64,000 nt of DNA, taken from Blastocystis sp. Blastoise. Its lineage: Eukaryota; Protista; Bigyra: Opalinata. The stretch is taken from contig JBBPEB010000013.1 in the NCBI GenBank assembly GCA_039096225.1, positions 1,178,001-1,242,000 of the forward strand, in the 5' to 3' direction. Positions 45,341 to 58,867 of the stretch are shown here, one piece after another. Below the pieces are notes generated by a model, which worked only from the letters and a program-made list of their open reading frames with translations, was not told the origin of the DNA and made no database searches. Numbering within the stretch: the first letter of the stretch is position 1; the number at the start of each line of letters is the position of its first letter. The translations under genes and the position numbers were made by a program.

Positions 45341-47040
45341 ATGTCAACAACTGAAACTAGTCTAAGCGAAGATAAATGTATTTAAATTTAATTAAGAAAT
45401 ATTTATTTTCTTTTAGATTTGTTTACGTTTCAAGATGAGATGCAATTATGGATTTCTAGAGAATTTATTGAGAAATATCCTCAATCTACCTTTTATGATA
45501 TTATTAAACACTCTGATAGATACGATGATGGTAGTTATTATATAGATATTCCTTATTCTCCTATGAATAAAGTGATTGATTTGTTGATGGATGATAGTAT
45601 AGATATATTTTCATTAAATCTACGAGATAGTTATGATATATATAAAATACTTTATGGATACTCAGTTACTATTGATAATGAAATAAAGATTGGTTTATTA
45701 TTTCATATTAAAGATCTATTTCAAAATTATTTAAAGGAAAATAATTATATTGTACATGAATGCTATTGTGAAGATAATTCATTATATATTCCTATGGAAT
45801 TATTTAGTTCAAAAAGTAGAAGAATGTGTATAAAAGGTAATTGTATATTATTATATACACATTAAATATTAAAAAATATAAAGGATTATTTACTCCACAA
45901 CGAAAAGAAGAATTACTATATTACTGGCTTCTAATTAAAATGATGAATATTACTGATGTTTGTATTGAATGTATGTATATATATATATATTATATAAAAG
46001 CTAATATTTTATATATCTAGATTCATATGCATCAAATATTCCATTAGAATATATATGTCCATCGTGTATTAAAGATATATTTCCTTCTTTGGAAGAATTA
46101 ACAATAACTGGTAAATATAGAACTTTATTACATGTATATTATAATGTACATAGTAACTACAGATTATAAGAAAACTCATAAATTATTAAATCCAAATAGT
46201 GAGGAATATATAATGGAATATATTTGTTTATTTGCAAATGATATTGATACAATAGATAATCCTAAAAAATATAAATATTACTCAGATTTGGCCATAACAA
46301 TATATAATAAGATTTCTAATGTAGATCTAAATAATATATATTATTCCCCTGATTTAATATCTTCTTATATTTGGGAAAAAGCAATGAATCAATTACCTAA
46401 ATTATATAAATATGTAGTTAATGAAGCTATATATACAAATGATTATTCACAAGTACAAATAGCAAAGACTATTGATGAAAATACCATAAAGGATCAAATT
46501 ATAATATTATATGATAGTATATACTAATATAAAAGCATTTTGTTTATAATAATTATATATATAGAGAATAAAAACATTAGAAAACTATGGTATATCTTTG
46601 CTTTTTTACATATATGATTTATGATATATTTATATAAATATATATTAAATAGTATTTATGAAGTATCTTCTAAATGGGGTATATCTCAATTATTGAATCT
46701 TTCTTCATATTTTTCTATTTCACAAATCGAGATGAGCAATTGTAAATGACTATATATATTTATGAATATATATAATATACTTAATCATTTATTGTTAGAT
46801 GATTTTTCTGAATATAATGCAATAATTTTTATAAAACTATTAGAAGAAGGTATTTTTGATTCTTTAACTACATTAAGTGTTGGATGGGGTATTTATATAT
46901 ATATAATATTATTATTCAATAATATTTTTTTATTATAGTTAAAAAATTGACGGTAAATAAAAATAAAAATCTATTCAATAGAATTATGACAACTCATGTA
47001 TTTCCTAATGTTACTGAACTCATCTATGATGATTGTTATG

Positions 47041-47105
<65 letters not shown>

Positions 47106-49252
47106 ATCTTTCAAATTATCTTCAATAAAGAAAGAACATTTCCCCAAACTACATATTTTAAATTATAATGTTGAAATAAGTAAATCTATTTTATTTATAT
47201 ATTTAGCATAATTTTTATACTAGGTATTGAAAATTTTGTTTCTTTATTTCCTACGAATGTAGTATCAATGATTGATACAATAAAAGTTGAAGACATTAAT
47301 TTCAATCAAAAGGAAAGAATCATCTTTCTTTTAGATAATTTAGTTTTTAATCATTCAATCCATATTGATGGAATTGGTATTTTTAATAATATTACTATTA
47401 TTATTACTATAATTATTATTATATATATATATATATATATAATTATCTATATGATTAATTATATTTCTTTTTCTAATATAGATAAGCTTATTTATTATTT
47501 TCCACATTTAAAAGAGCTATTAGAGAAAAATCTGATTGTCTTTGATCAACTTTATAGTAATTAATATTTTTATACTTATTTTTACAAAATATTATTATAT
47601 ATATATATCTTATAAAGTTAATTCTTCTTGTATTGTAAATATTAAAAAATTAGACGATTTTAAAAATTATACACAAAATATTGATCGTTTAGATATTTCA
47701 TTCAAAAGTATGTATTTTTATTTAATGAGAATGTAGTGTATCTATAATACTTGTACTAATTATTATTTATAGATTATATATTGCGTAAGGATTTAAATGT
47801 TTTAAATGAATTTGATACAAGAAAATCTTTAGAAAGATTTTTAAAGAGTAATATATTAGAACATTTGAATTATTTAAATATTTCAGGTATATATATATAT
47901 ATTATTATGTTTTATATAATATGTTTCTAGTTGATGAGAATATAAGTATAGAACGTTTGAAATGGATATCAAGTCTTTTTAATAACAATAATTTTAAAAC
48001 CATTCATTGTTTATATTTTGATTGTATATCACTTACTATTATAAAACATATGAAAATATATATATATTTATATAGTAAATTCTATCTCAAAAGACTCATC
48101 ATCTGAGTATTTAATTGCATATGAAAATATAATAAAAAAATTAATTCCAGAGGCTTCTATTGTTACAATAGCGCGTATCAATATATATATATTGTTATCA
48201 ATAATTCGTTGATTCATTTTATCTTTATTCATAGATTGTACTATGACTTTTATAAACCAATTAATTCTCAAAGGTTGTTTCCATTATACAAAACAATTAA
48301 TTATTGGTATATACTAATATATTTATTATATACATATAATTTCTTTGATAATATTACATTATATATGTCATTCTCTTATTATATTAACGTCATTCTAGAA
48401 ATAAAGGATATAATAGATGAAAACTTTTTTGAAATATATACAAAAGATAATTTCCATGAATTAGAATCTATAGAGTTTCGTATATATATTAATAATAATA
48501 TTCAATTATAAATAGCAAATTATGTAATATATAAACATTTTTATAATATAAATTATTCTAATGAATCTATATAATAAATATCTATAGGTAATGATTGGGA
48601 TATAGAATTATGGTTATTTTTTATTCAAAAATTATGTAAATATATTCATAATAATAGTTTTCCATCATCAACTATAATTCGATTTAGTAGTATGTTTATA
48701 AGAATTATTATATTCATATAATTAAACTATAACTATATAGATACACTTGTTTCTAATGTATGCTTCACTTATCATCCTAATACTTCTATTCTTCGATGTA
48801 AATATGACAGCCATTCATTTTTAGATACAATTGTTGGTAATAAAGGTATATATATGTTTAACTATCATATGATATATTTATATTTAGACAAAATGATAAG
48901 TAGATATGAAATAGAAACATTATTTGATTGTATAAATGAAAATATAACTCAAAACATTAGATATATAACAATATGTATATATATATAATAATTATTAATA
49001 TAAATTTTTGTTGTTATAGATATTTGTGATGATACACAATTAGCAAAACTCATCAATTTTATAACTATTAGAAAATTTCCTAAATTGAAAATGTTCATTT
49101 TTCAGATCAGTATGTATATAGTTATTTATATTAAATGTTATATAGGTTATGATATTTCAACTGAACAAATTACTATATATAAACAACAATTAAAGGATTC
49201 GTCATTTATTCAGGAGAATCATGTAAATTATGAATTTGAAAAAACATTATAA
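45341..49252 (+). CDS. BTB-like + degenerate LRR-like family protein (copy B4), closest paralogue of B2
   Basis: FTFQDEMQLWISREFIEKYPQSTFYDIIKHSDRYDDGSYYIDIP; YASNIPLEYICPSCIKDIFPSL; THVFPNVTELIY; C-terminus DSSFIQENHVNY shared with B2. Confidence 0.78.
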
Positions 49253-50460
49253 TTTTCTTTACGATTATCTTTTATGTTTCTCTTTGCTATTATATTTAAT
49301 AATCTATTTTTATTATCTATTATCATTTCTAAGATTTTTATAGGTAATTACTATTTTATTTTAAAGCATTTGAAAAAATATTGCTTATGTATTTATTATT
49401 AATACATTTTTATGTTGTACTCACTCAGCATTTACTTTAAATATATATTCGAAATTATTATTATTATTACTATTATTATATGCTATTCTGAAATATAGAT
49501 AACTAAAAGTAATTCATAAACATTAGTTGCTATGTAAACGTTGATATGTTAAAAAGTAGTGATTCTAGTGAGTCACAATTATTTGGATATATATAAAAAA
49601 TAATGAAAATAGTATTATATTTCATATTTTGTTTATCACTTTATTGACTTTATTGTATACACTTTTGTTTATGTTTTTAAAATAATTATATAGCAAGTGT
49701 TATAAAGATGGTATTATTCATAGAGATTACTGAATAAAATGTTCAAATTTTTAATATAATTTTATAAATAATTTTTAATATATATGCTTTTATCGAAATA
49801 TAGATGTATTTATGTATTCAAAATTATGAAATAATATATATTACTATTAAATCTTTGACATAGCTTAAAGTTTTCAAACGCTATAACAAAAATGCATTTA
49901 TAGAATATAATTAGTGTATTCAAGAAGCATGATTTGAACTACTGTGTTTTATTCTTATTATTATTATATATATTTTTATAACTAATTTTAAATATAGAAT
50001 AATAATCAAAAATTACGAAATAAATATGCTTATAATAATATTATACTTATTAATATGATATATTTATTCATTTGTTGTAACATATTTAAAAAAATATAGA
50101 TTTCTTTTAAGATGAATATAATATTGAATAAAAGATCAGAAATATTCATTATTAATCCATATATAGATAACATAGTATCAATAGCAATAGTGATTATGAT
50201 TTGGATAGCTTAATCAATTATTGTATAAAATACTATGAATAAAATAATGTGAAATAGAAATGAAAGAGTAAGAAGAAGGAGATAGAAAATAAAGGAGAGA
50301 TTTTTGCATCTAAAGCTATAGAAGAGATTTTATTTGAGTAATAGAAACATATCATATAAATATGATATAAAAATAAATAATAATATATTAAATTCAGTCA
50401 GAAATCAGGAATGATTACATAAAAAATAAAAGTTATTCAACACTAGATAAGTAATAATTA

Positions 50461-50505
<45 letters not shown>

Positions 50506-50868
50506 ATATAAATAAAAATAAAAATGTATATGTTTAAAATAAGAGATTTATTAATCATAATGAAAAATAAGCAAGAAGTATTAATTCGTTAGGCATATTA
50601 TCCTGTTTCTAGTATCTTCTAAATTTTCAATTAATATTCAATCATCATTTTAAAGTAACTAATCAACTGAAGATCCATAATGAACTTTTTATTTTTAGAT
50701 ATTCTTAGCAGATTTTTTAGATCATATTGAGTATTAATTGTTGTATATAATGTTAATCATTACATATGAATGATAAGCGAATAATAAAGAAATAAAAAAA
50801 AAATTTTGAAAAAAGTAAAAATAAACAAGGGAAACAACAATATATATTTAATTAGCATTATTTCATTA

Positions 50869-52332
50869 ATGGTGAAAGAAAAGGTGTTATTTGATATTGA
50901 TAAATTCAATAGATTGAATGAGGATATCAATGTATATGAAGAATTGATGAAAGATGTAGTTAATGTTTTCTCAGCTGTAATGAATCTTGGTATACATTCT
51001 GGAATATCGATTAATAGACTTATTAAGCATATTGGAGATGATTGTATTGAAAAGGAAGGCGAAAGAAATGAATTTGAAAAGAAATGTGTTTATGAAAGAA
51101 AGAATAATGAAGATATGAATGTTAATATGGATGATAATGATGATAATGACATGGATTTGATACGATTTACCAATAATGGTCCTGTTTTTCAAATATCGAA
51201 ATCTGTTTTAAATACTTTAAAAGGTTCTTTTATTGATGATCAACGTGAAGAAGAAAAAAGAACGAATGATGGAGCTGCATTTCTTGATTATAGAGGTAAT
51301 GATATTTTTATTTATTATTTATTAGATTATTTGAATGGAAAGAAATTAGATTTTAATTCTTTTTCTTATGAAGAACAATTAGAAATATTAGATTTATTTG
51401 AATTTTGTGGATTAATAATTCCTTTAGAATTAATAGATTGTAGAGAAAGAAGAGATCGAAAAATGAAGAAATATGAAGAAGGAGAAGAAGTAGAATTGAT
51501 TATAAATGAAAATAAGAATGATAATATTAAAGAATATTTAGTAAAGAATGGATTATGGAATGCTTATGTTAAGAATTATGATAATGGATTTATTAATTAT
51601 AATCCTATTGATAATAGTTTATATATGAATAAGAAATATGAATGTATTGAATATATTACTGAATATGTGAATAATGGAACTATAGATATAGAAGAAGAAA
51701 AGTTAAGTGATATTAATAAAGAATTATTAGAGAAAGAAATGGTTGAATTATTTGGTGAAAAAGGAAGAGAAGTTGTGAAAGAAGCAATGATTCCTTTCAA
51801 ATGTTTTAAAGGTACGAAAATACTTATAAATAAAGTGATGGAAACTCCTTTAGTAAATTGGCTTGGTAAAGAAAAGAAATGGAAATTATTATTTAGAGCA
51901 AGTGAGCATGATTATAAAGCAAGTGAATTCCATAGATTGTGTGATAATAAAGGAGAAACAGTTACTATAATTAAACATATAGGTCATAATAATCATATTA
52001 ATATATTTGGAGGATATACTAATCAAAGTTGGGATTGTTCAGGTTCAAAAAACTATTCAAGTGAATTTCTCTTTACATTAAGTAATGAACATGGTATTCA
52101 ACCTACTCAATATGATCATGTTTATAGTTATGGTATATATTGCAATTCTTCTTATGGTCCCACATTTGGAGGTGGTCATGATATCCATATATCGAATCAA
52201 TGTCATAATAATACTAGTTCATACAGTAATCCTTACTCCTATTCTCAAAAGAATACTTCTCAAGGAAGTACTTTATTTGCTAATATGAGTAACTTCACAG
52301 TTGAAGATTATGAAGTATGGGGACGAATATAA
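50869..52332 (+). CDS. BTB-like x2 + TLDc domain protein (copy D), intronless
   Basis: Continuous ORF from MVKEKVLFDIDKFN; near-identical to copy A over the N-terminal two thirds; complete TLDc domain. Confidence 0.9.
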   Translation: MVKEKVLFDIDKFNRLNEDINVYEELMKDVVNVFSAVMNLGIHSGISINRLIKHIGDDCIEKEGERNEFEKKCVYERKNNEDMNVNMDDNDDNDMDLIRFTNNGPVFQISKSVLNTLKGSFIDDQREEEKRTNDGAAFLDYRGNDIFIYYLLDYLNGKKLDFNSFSYEEQLEILDLFEFCGLIIPLELIDCRERRDRKMKKYEEGEEVELIINENKNDNIKEYLVKNGLWNAYVKNYDNGFINYNPIDNSLYMNKKYECIEYITEYVNNGTIDIEEEKLSDINKELLEKEMVELFGEKGREVVKEAMIPFKCFKGTKILINKVMETPLVNWLGKEKKWKLLFRASEHDYKASEFHRLCDNKGETVTIIKHIGHNNHINIFGGYTNQSWDCSGSKNYSSEFLFTLSNEHGIQPTQYDHVYSYGIYCNSSYGPTFGGGHDIHISNQCHNNTSSYSNPYSYSQKNTSQGSTLFANMSNFTVEDYEVWGRI

Positions 52333-52679
52333 AAGAATCATAACTAGTATTATTATATAAATGTCATTATTATAATATTTATTATGTATTTCATTATTAT
52401 TTTATTTGATTTTATTAGTCTCGGTATCATTACAATAGATATTTATATATGAATTATGTTTTTATATAATACACTATCAATTATATATATGCTTAAATGA
52501 TTATTTTCATTTTGTTATGCTATTAACCATACATTTTTATTCTTAGTATTTCGTTTTTCAAAAATAATATAAGAATTCAACAATAATAAAAATAATTTGA
52601 AAACACAAAGAATAATTATAATAAATATTTCATATAACTATAAAACTATAAAAACTTAATAATTATTGTTAAAAAAGAT

Positions 52680-55402
52680 TTATAAAGGAACAGTAACACA
52701 ATTAATAGTCAACTTAGAATGATATGTTTTTTTACATTTATCAAATAAATGAGTAAACATATTCCAATCTACTTTATCTATATATAAATAGATAATTGAT
52801 ATTAATAATAGTAATAATATATATATATACCACTCTTAAGGGTTATAGTAGTAAGTTCAGAAAAATATCCTTTTCCTATTAATTGCATGACTTTCTGTAA
52901 GAACTTCGTATCATATATATCTATATATATAATAATAGTAACATTAACAAGAAGAAAGAAAAATGAATAAAAACAATATTAATATGAAGAATAATAATAA
53001 TAAAAAGAAGACAAAAAATACAAGAAAATATGTTAAAAAGAATGCTAATAATCATAATACAATATCTTTCAATAAACATATATATATATAATAATAAATA
53101 TCGAATATTCTTTAGATAATCTTGTGAGAGTTGTTCATATATATAATCACAATAGATCTTTGAATGTCTTGGATTCTTCACTAAATCACTACACATAAGT
53201 ATATAGGAAACAGATTTATGTAGATAGAAGGAGAGAGAGGGGAAGGATTCAAAAACATCATCAATATTCACTGAATTATCAATAAATTTAAATCTTGAAT
53301 CTAGATATATAATAATTTATAATTATAAGGAAATATATGATATAATGTATGGCTATAATATGAGTAGTAAATAACATAAATAGTAATACAAACATATATG
53401 AATAATGTAAAACAAATGAATATATATATATACTAGTAGGTGTGAATCGCAGTGCGAAATGATGGAATTCTGAAAGAGCACCAGAAGGGACTTCTTTTAA
53501 TAAATCAATAAATCCAAGGAAGGATTGAATATCAAAATCATTACTATCGAATCCAAGTGTAAGGTAACGAAGTTTTAAGAATTGGTTTTGAATAAAATAA
53601 GTTGAGAATGTTTGGAAGAATGAATTGATATTAATTGTACTATCAAATCCAAAGAATAGAAATTGTATATTTGTCCACAGGGGCATATTAACACATTCTT
53701 CTAAAAGGGATATTAAACTGAAATTAGATTTAAAAACTATATAATAAAAAATGAATAAATAGAATACATAGTATATGACAATTATTTTTGTAAAAATAAT
53801 TGATATATATATATACAAACAAAATCAAATTTAGTAAGTGCAGGAGAGAATAAAGATAAGAACCTCGCCATATTTTGACTGTTTTTAATTAGAACTTCTT
53901 CTGGTTCTACAGGGTTATCGCTTAATATGGATGTATCATTATTAATTATCTTTAAATGTTTAACTGTTTCACAGTTTAATTTGGAGAATAAATCCAGAAA
54001 GTCATTCATATAAGATACATTATAGGGTGTATTACGCGACTGAACTATTTATATGTATTCTTTATAAGATTTATGAATATAGAAGAAGATATTTAATTAT
54101 TATTGATAAGTTACATATATATAAGTAAAGCTAACCTATATCTTAGTAATTATATATATGTAATAAGTGTCATATAGATATTACAAATATATATACTGAA
54201 TATATCAATAGTTTCAAGATTATGGCAGTTAATACTACTTACCACAGGTATATAAGCATCAAGAAGTTTCCTACATGTTACATCTGCATCTATATATATA
54301 TATGTATATACATACACAAATATAAAGATAGATATAAGCTATGTAATAATATAAGCTATACAATATATATAAACTATATAAACTATATATACGAAAAGCG
54401 ATATGTTTTACATTCTGTTGACTCATATCAATAAACACATTCTTCTTCTCATCATCAAATGAAGAAAATGAGAAATAGATTTCATTTACAAGAAGATGTC
54501 CTGTTTCGTTTAATTCTTTCCAGGAAGAAGTAAGTTGTCTTGAGATTATAGCTATATATAGAGAGAGAAAAAAGGTTTGAATGAATCTCTACTATATATG
54601 TTATAGCTTGAACATTGATATTATATTTGTTAACTAGAGTAATGAGATTCTTCATAATAGGTTCACTAAAATGAACAGTATATGTGATAGGATCATGTTC
54701 TTCTTCATTTGATACTATAAGTGTATCTATAAGTAGAAGAAGAGAATCAGGGCATAAGGAATCGAATAATACTGAAGAATCATCCCACCAACAAGTATTA
54801 ACAAAGGATGTTATATCATATATATGTAACTTGGGGAAACATCGACGAGTTATTAAAGGTAATATTTCTATATTAAAAGTACTCTCTTCTTTCCATTTCT
54901 TAGGATCTAAACATATATATGTTAATTATATACATATATGAATATATAAATAGAGAATATACTAAAACAGAACAGTGTAGTTACATTAGGAAATCTATAG
55001 GTAGCGAGAATTCTTTTCAATAACTCCTTATGTTCAGGATATGAACCTGACTGTAAAACTATATATATTTATATAGTTATATAGTTATATAGCTATATAG
55101 TTCTTTATAAATATATATATATATATAAATACATAGATATTCATAGAAAAATATAAAAATAGATAAATAATTAAAAACTCATAAACAAAGAGATATATTA
55201 ATAAATATATATACATAGAGTTAAGTCAAATGTAGTAATATTATTTAAATATCCTTCTTTCAATAATTTTAATAGAGGAGGGGTATGTAATTGTAACTTA
55301 ACATTTTGTTTATTTGGATTAATAATCTTCTTTAGATGTTTACAAACAGGTATATGTAAAATATAATTAGTAATCTCTTCAGAATCTCTATTTGCCAATC
55401 TA

Positions 55403-55434
<32 letters not shown>

Positions 55435-56136
55435 AATTAGACTAACGATATAAAAGATTATATTCTATATAAAAGTATTATAAATATATAAAAGATTATA
55501 TTTTATATAAAAATATTATAAATATTTAAAAATATTATAAATATATAAAAGTATTATAAATATATAAAAGTATTATAAACATATAAAAGTATTATAAACA
55601 TATAAAAGTATTATATACGTCAGAATAGGGTGTTGATAATCCTTATCTATATACATATTAATAATAATAAATAGAATAATAATAATAATATACTATCATC
55701 ATCCCCATATACAAATTTATAACTACATTCTATTCTTTCTAGATTATTAGTACTGACTTTTTTCTCCGCAATTTGGCGAAGTTGAAATTCATTATATTCA
55801 CTTGAGAAATCTGAAATGGATTCAACATATAAATCGGGTTTTAATTCTTCTCTTTCATTCTTTATTTCATTATCAATATTTATATCTATCATTTTAAAAG
55901 GACATCTTCCTTTATCATCGAATTCATGTTGTATTACTGACTGATTTACACGAATTTGATCTCTATTTAATTTATCATTCTCTATATCAGGATGATCACG
56001 TTTATATTCTTCATAAGAATCAGGATAATATTCCTCAAAAAATTGACGCTTATATTCTTTATATAATACTTTATAATGAGGATCCATTCGTGTTACTAGA
56101 ACTTGCTTCTTTAAAGGAAAATAAAAAACTATAGAA

Positions 56137-56168
<32 letters not shown>

Positions 56169-56968
56169 ATATAAATATACATATAATTTCAAATTCTTTT
56201 ATTTTGGGAAACATAATATTCAGATCTGAAGGATATACATAATCATAAGGATTGTCATTATCAAAGAATGCTATAAAGAAATTTGTAAAAAAGAATAATA
56301 AAAAAATAATATACTTTGCATAGTAACACTGATAACATTAAATAACTCAAATAATTTTGAATATTTTAAAAACATATTCGATCTCTCTTCTGTAAAAGGA
56401 CCTATAAAATAATAGTTATATACAGAGTCACATAAAAAGATACCTCCTATAGTTAATTTATGTTCTTTAAGAATATCATATAGGCATGCATTATCATCAT
56501 AACGACTAAATGCTGGATACACATAAACAAATTCCAGCATGCAAAGGTTTTTATCAATAAATTTCTTTAATGATTCAGCCAAAAACACATACAACTTTGA
56601 CTCATATTCACAGGCTTCACTCCCAAAGAAATATTTGAGATCTTTGTACATAGAGACGACGTCGTTGATCTGTATATTGCTTAAAGAAAGTGTGCCTTTC
56701 ATAAATTGTGTCACTTTCTCAATGGAAAGAGGTGGTGAATCAATTCTATATGCATTCTTATCTTTCACAAAGTTGTCTGGATTATTGTAAGCAAGTGACA
56801 ACAGCGAATTAGGAAATTTCTTCAAAAAAACTAATGGAATCCGTTTCTTTGTTTTATTTTGAAAAATGAACGAAACTATATTGCGTTGATTTATAAGACT
56901 GAAGAATAAAAACCATAAATACCTTGTTGTTTTGGATCATTTATACTCTCCGTTATTTCTTCTGCCAT
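52680..56968 (-). CDS. BTB-like + degenerate LRR-like family protein (copy B5), intron-rich
   Basis: MAEEITESINDPKQQ|VSFIFQNKTKKRIPLVFLKKFPNSLL...AYRIDSP; NPYDYVYPSDLNIMFPKI; RFPNVTTL; CFPKLHIYDI; FESFPSLSFYLHK. Confidence 0.75.
55466..55616. repeat. ~19-bp minisatellite (ATATAAAAGTATTATAAAY)n in a B5 intron
   Basis: Several direct tandem copies visible. Confidence 0.8.
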
Positions 56969-57195
56969 TCTTTCTTATTTATAGTTCAATAATATTATTT
57001 TTCTATGTATTCTTGAAGTGTATTCAAGAAAGAGAAATAAATATTGTTATAAGTTCAATATTCAAACTAGAAATAAATAGAAATGTAGAGATAACTGCCA
57101 ATGAAAACACAAAACAGTGAACAAATTCTGAATAACGAATTTTCTGTGGGAATACAAGATAACTTTTATTCTTATTCTGTAGCTTATACTATTAT

Positions 57196-58867
57196 ATGAT
57201 GGTAAAGGATAAAGTAGATTTTGATGTGAGGAAGCTAGATGATATTCGGGATGATGTAGTTCATTTTGAAAGACTGATTGGTGATTTGGTTGGTGTTTTA
57301 AGTAAGTCAATAAGTTTTTGTATTCACTCCGGTGATTCTATTAATAGTTTGTTGATTCACTACTTAGGTAATAATGTATCTAGTAATATGGAAAACGATT
57401 GTGATCCAAAAGAAAATATTCAAGAGCCGTCTTGTATTAATAATAATAACATTGATACAAATGATATGGATTATATTCAGTTTTCTAGTAATGGAGTACT
57501 GTATTCGCTTCCCAAGAAAGTTACAAATAGTTTAATAGGTAGTTATTTGTATGAGCAATCTCAAGAAGATCAAAGAACTGTAGAAGGTCATATATATTTA
57601 GATTACCCTTATAATGATGCTTGTGCTCCTTACCTTATAGATTCATTAATGAATAAGAAAATAAATGTAGAACAATTAAATATGAAAGATCAAATTGATT
57701 TATTAAGACTCTTTGAATTTTGTGAATTACCTATTCCTGTAGAATTATCAAAGGGACTTATTGTAAGGAACTGTGAAATGAGAATATATAAAGAAGATGA
57801 TGATATTAAGCTGTATATAAATGGGAAGAAGGATATTTCATTGAAGAATTATTGGAAACGAAAAGGTAGATGGAATCAGGTTGTAAGAGAGTATTGTTAT
57901 GGATATGTTGATTATTATGAGCAAGAGAAACAATTGGTTATTAAAATGGAATATGAATATATTGAATATATATATCAATATGTTAGATGTAATTGTATAT
58001 ATATTTCACCAGAGAAGAAAGATCTAATTAATAAAGAATTATTAAGAAAAGAGATATATAAATTATTTGGTGATGAAGCATTAGCAATGACATTTGATTG
58101 TGATGTTAACAAGACATTTAATCAGTCTACAATCATTAATCAAGAGCTTGCTACTTCATTGATGAATTGGCTTGGAACACGAAAAATGTGGAGATTACTA
58201 TTTAGGTATATATATAATATTTTCGGTATATAGTATATACTATTATTTATATAATATAATATTATTTATATAGTATTATGTATATATATTATATAGTATT
58301 ATTTATATATATATTGATAACTATTCTACATATATAGAGCAAGTGATCATAATTATTCTGCAAAAGAATTCCATAAGTATTGTGATAATCGAGGAGAAAC
58401 AGTAACTCTAATTAAGCATATAGGTCATGATGATCATATTAATATATTTGGAGGATATACAGATCAAAATTGGGAATCAAAATCTGATAGTATATATATA
58501 TATATTCATTTATATATTCATTTATATATTCATTTATATATTCATTTATATAATTATAGCGTGGAAGCCTCATTCAAGTGAGTTCATTTTTACCTTAAGT
58601 AATGAGCATGATGTTTCTCCCACTAAATATTCTTACTCTCTTCATTATGAAAAATTTGCTATGTACTGTGACAGTACATCAGGCCCAAGATTTGGTAATG
58701 ACATTGATATATGTGATAACTGCCATTACAATCGTTCTTCATGTAATTCACGCAATTATAATGAATATAATACTCCTCAAAAGAATTCTCTATTTGTGAA
58801 TACTAATGAAGCTGATGAAACGAATTATTTTATTGTAGATGATTATGAAGTATGGGGCAGAGCTTAA
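57196..58867 (+). CDS. BTB-like x2 + TLDc domain protein (copy E), introns 58206-58337 and 58490-58559
   Basis: MMVKDKVDFDV, EGHIYLDYPYND; TLDc WRLLFR|ASDHNYSAKEFHKYCDNRGETVTLIK...GPRFGNDIDI...DDYEVWGRA*. Confidence 0.87.

Noticed and set aside
50806-50868. N-terminal extensions in the ORF track from TTG/GTG starts
   Set aside because: Eukaryotic genes; paralogue comparison places the start at ATG 50869 (MVKEKV), as in copy A at 28464.
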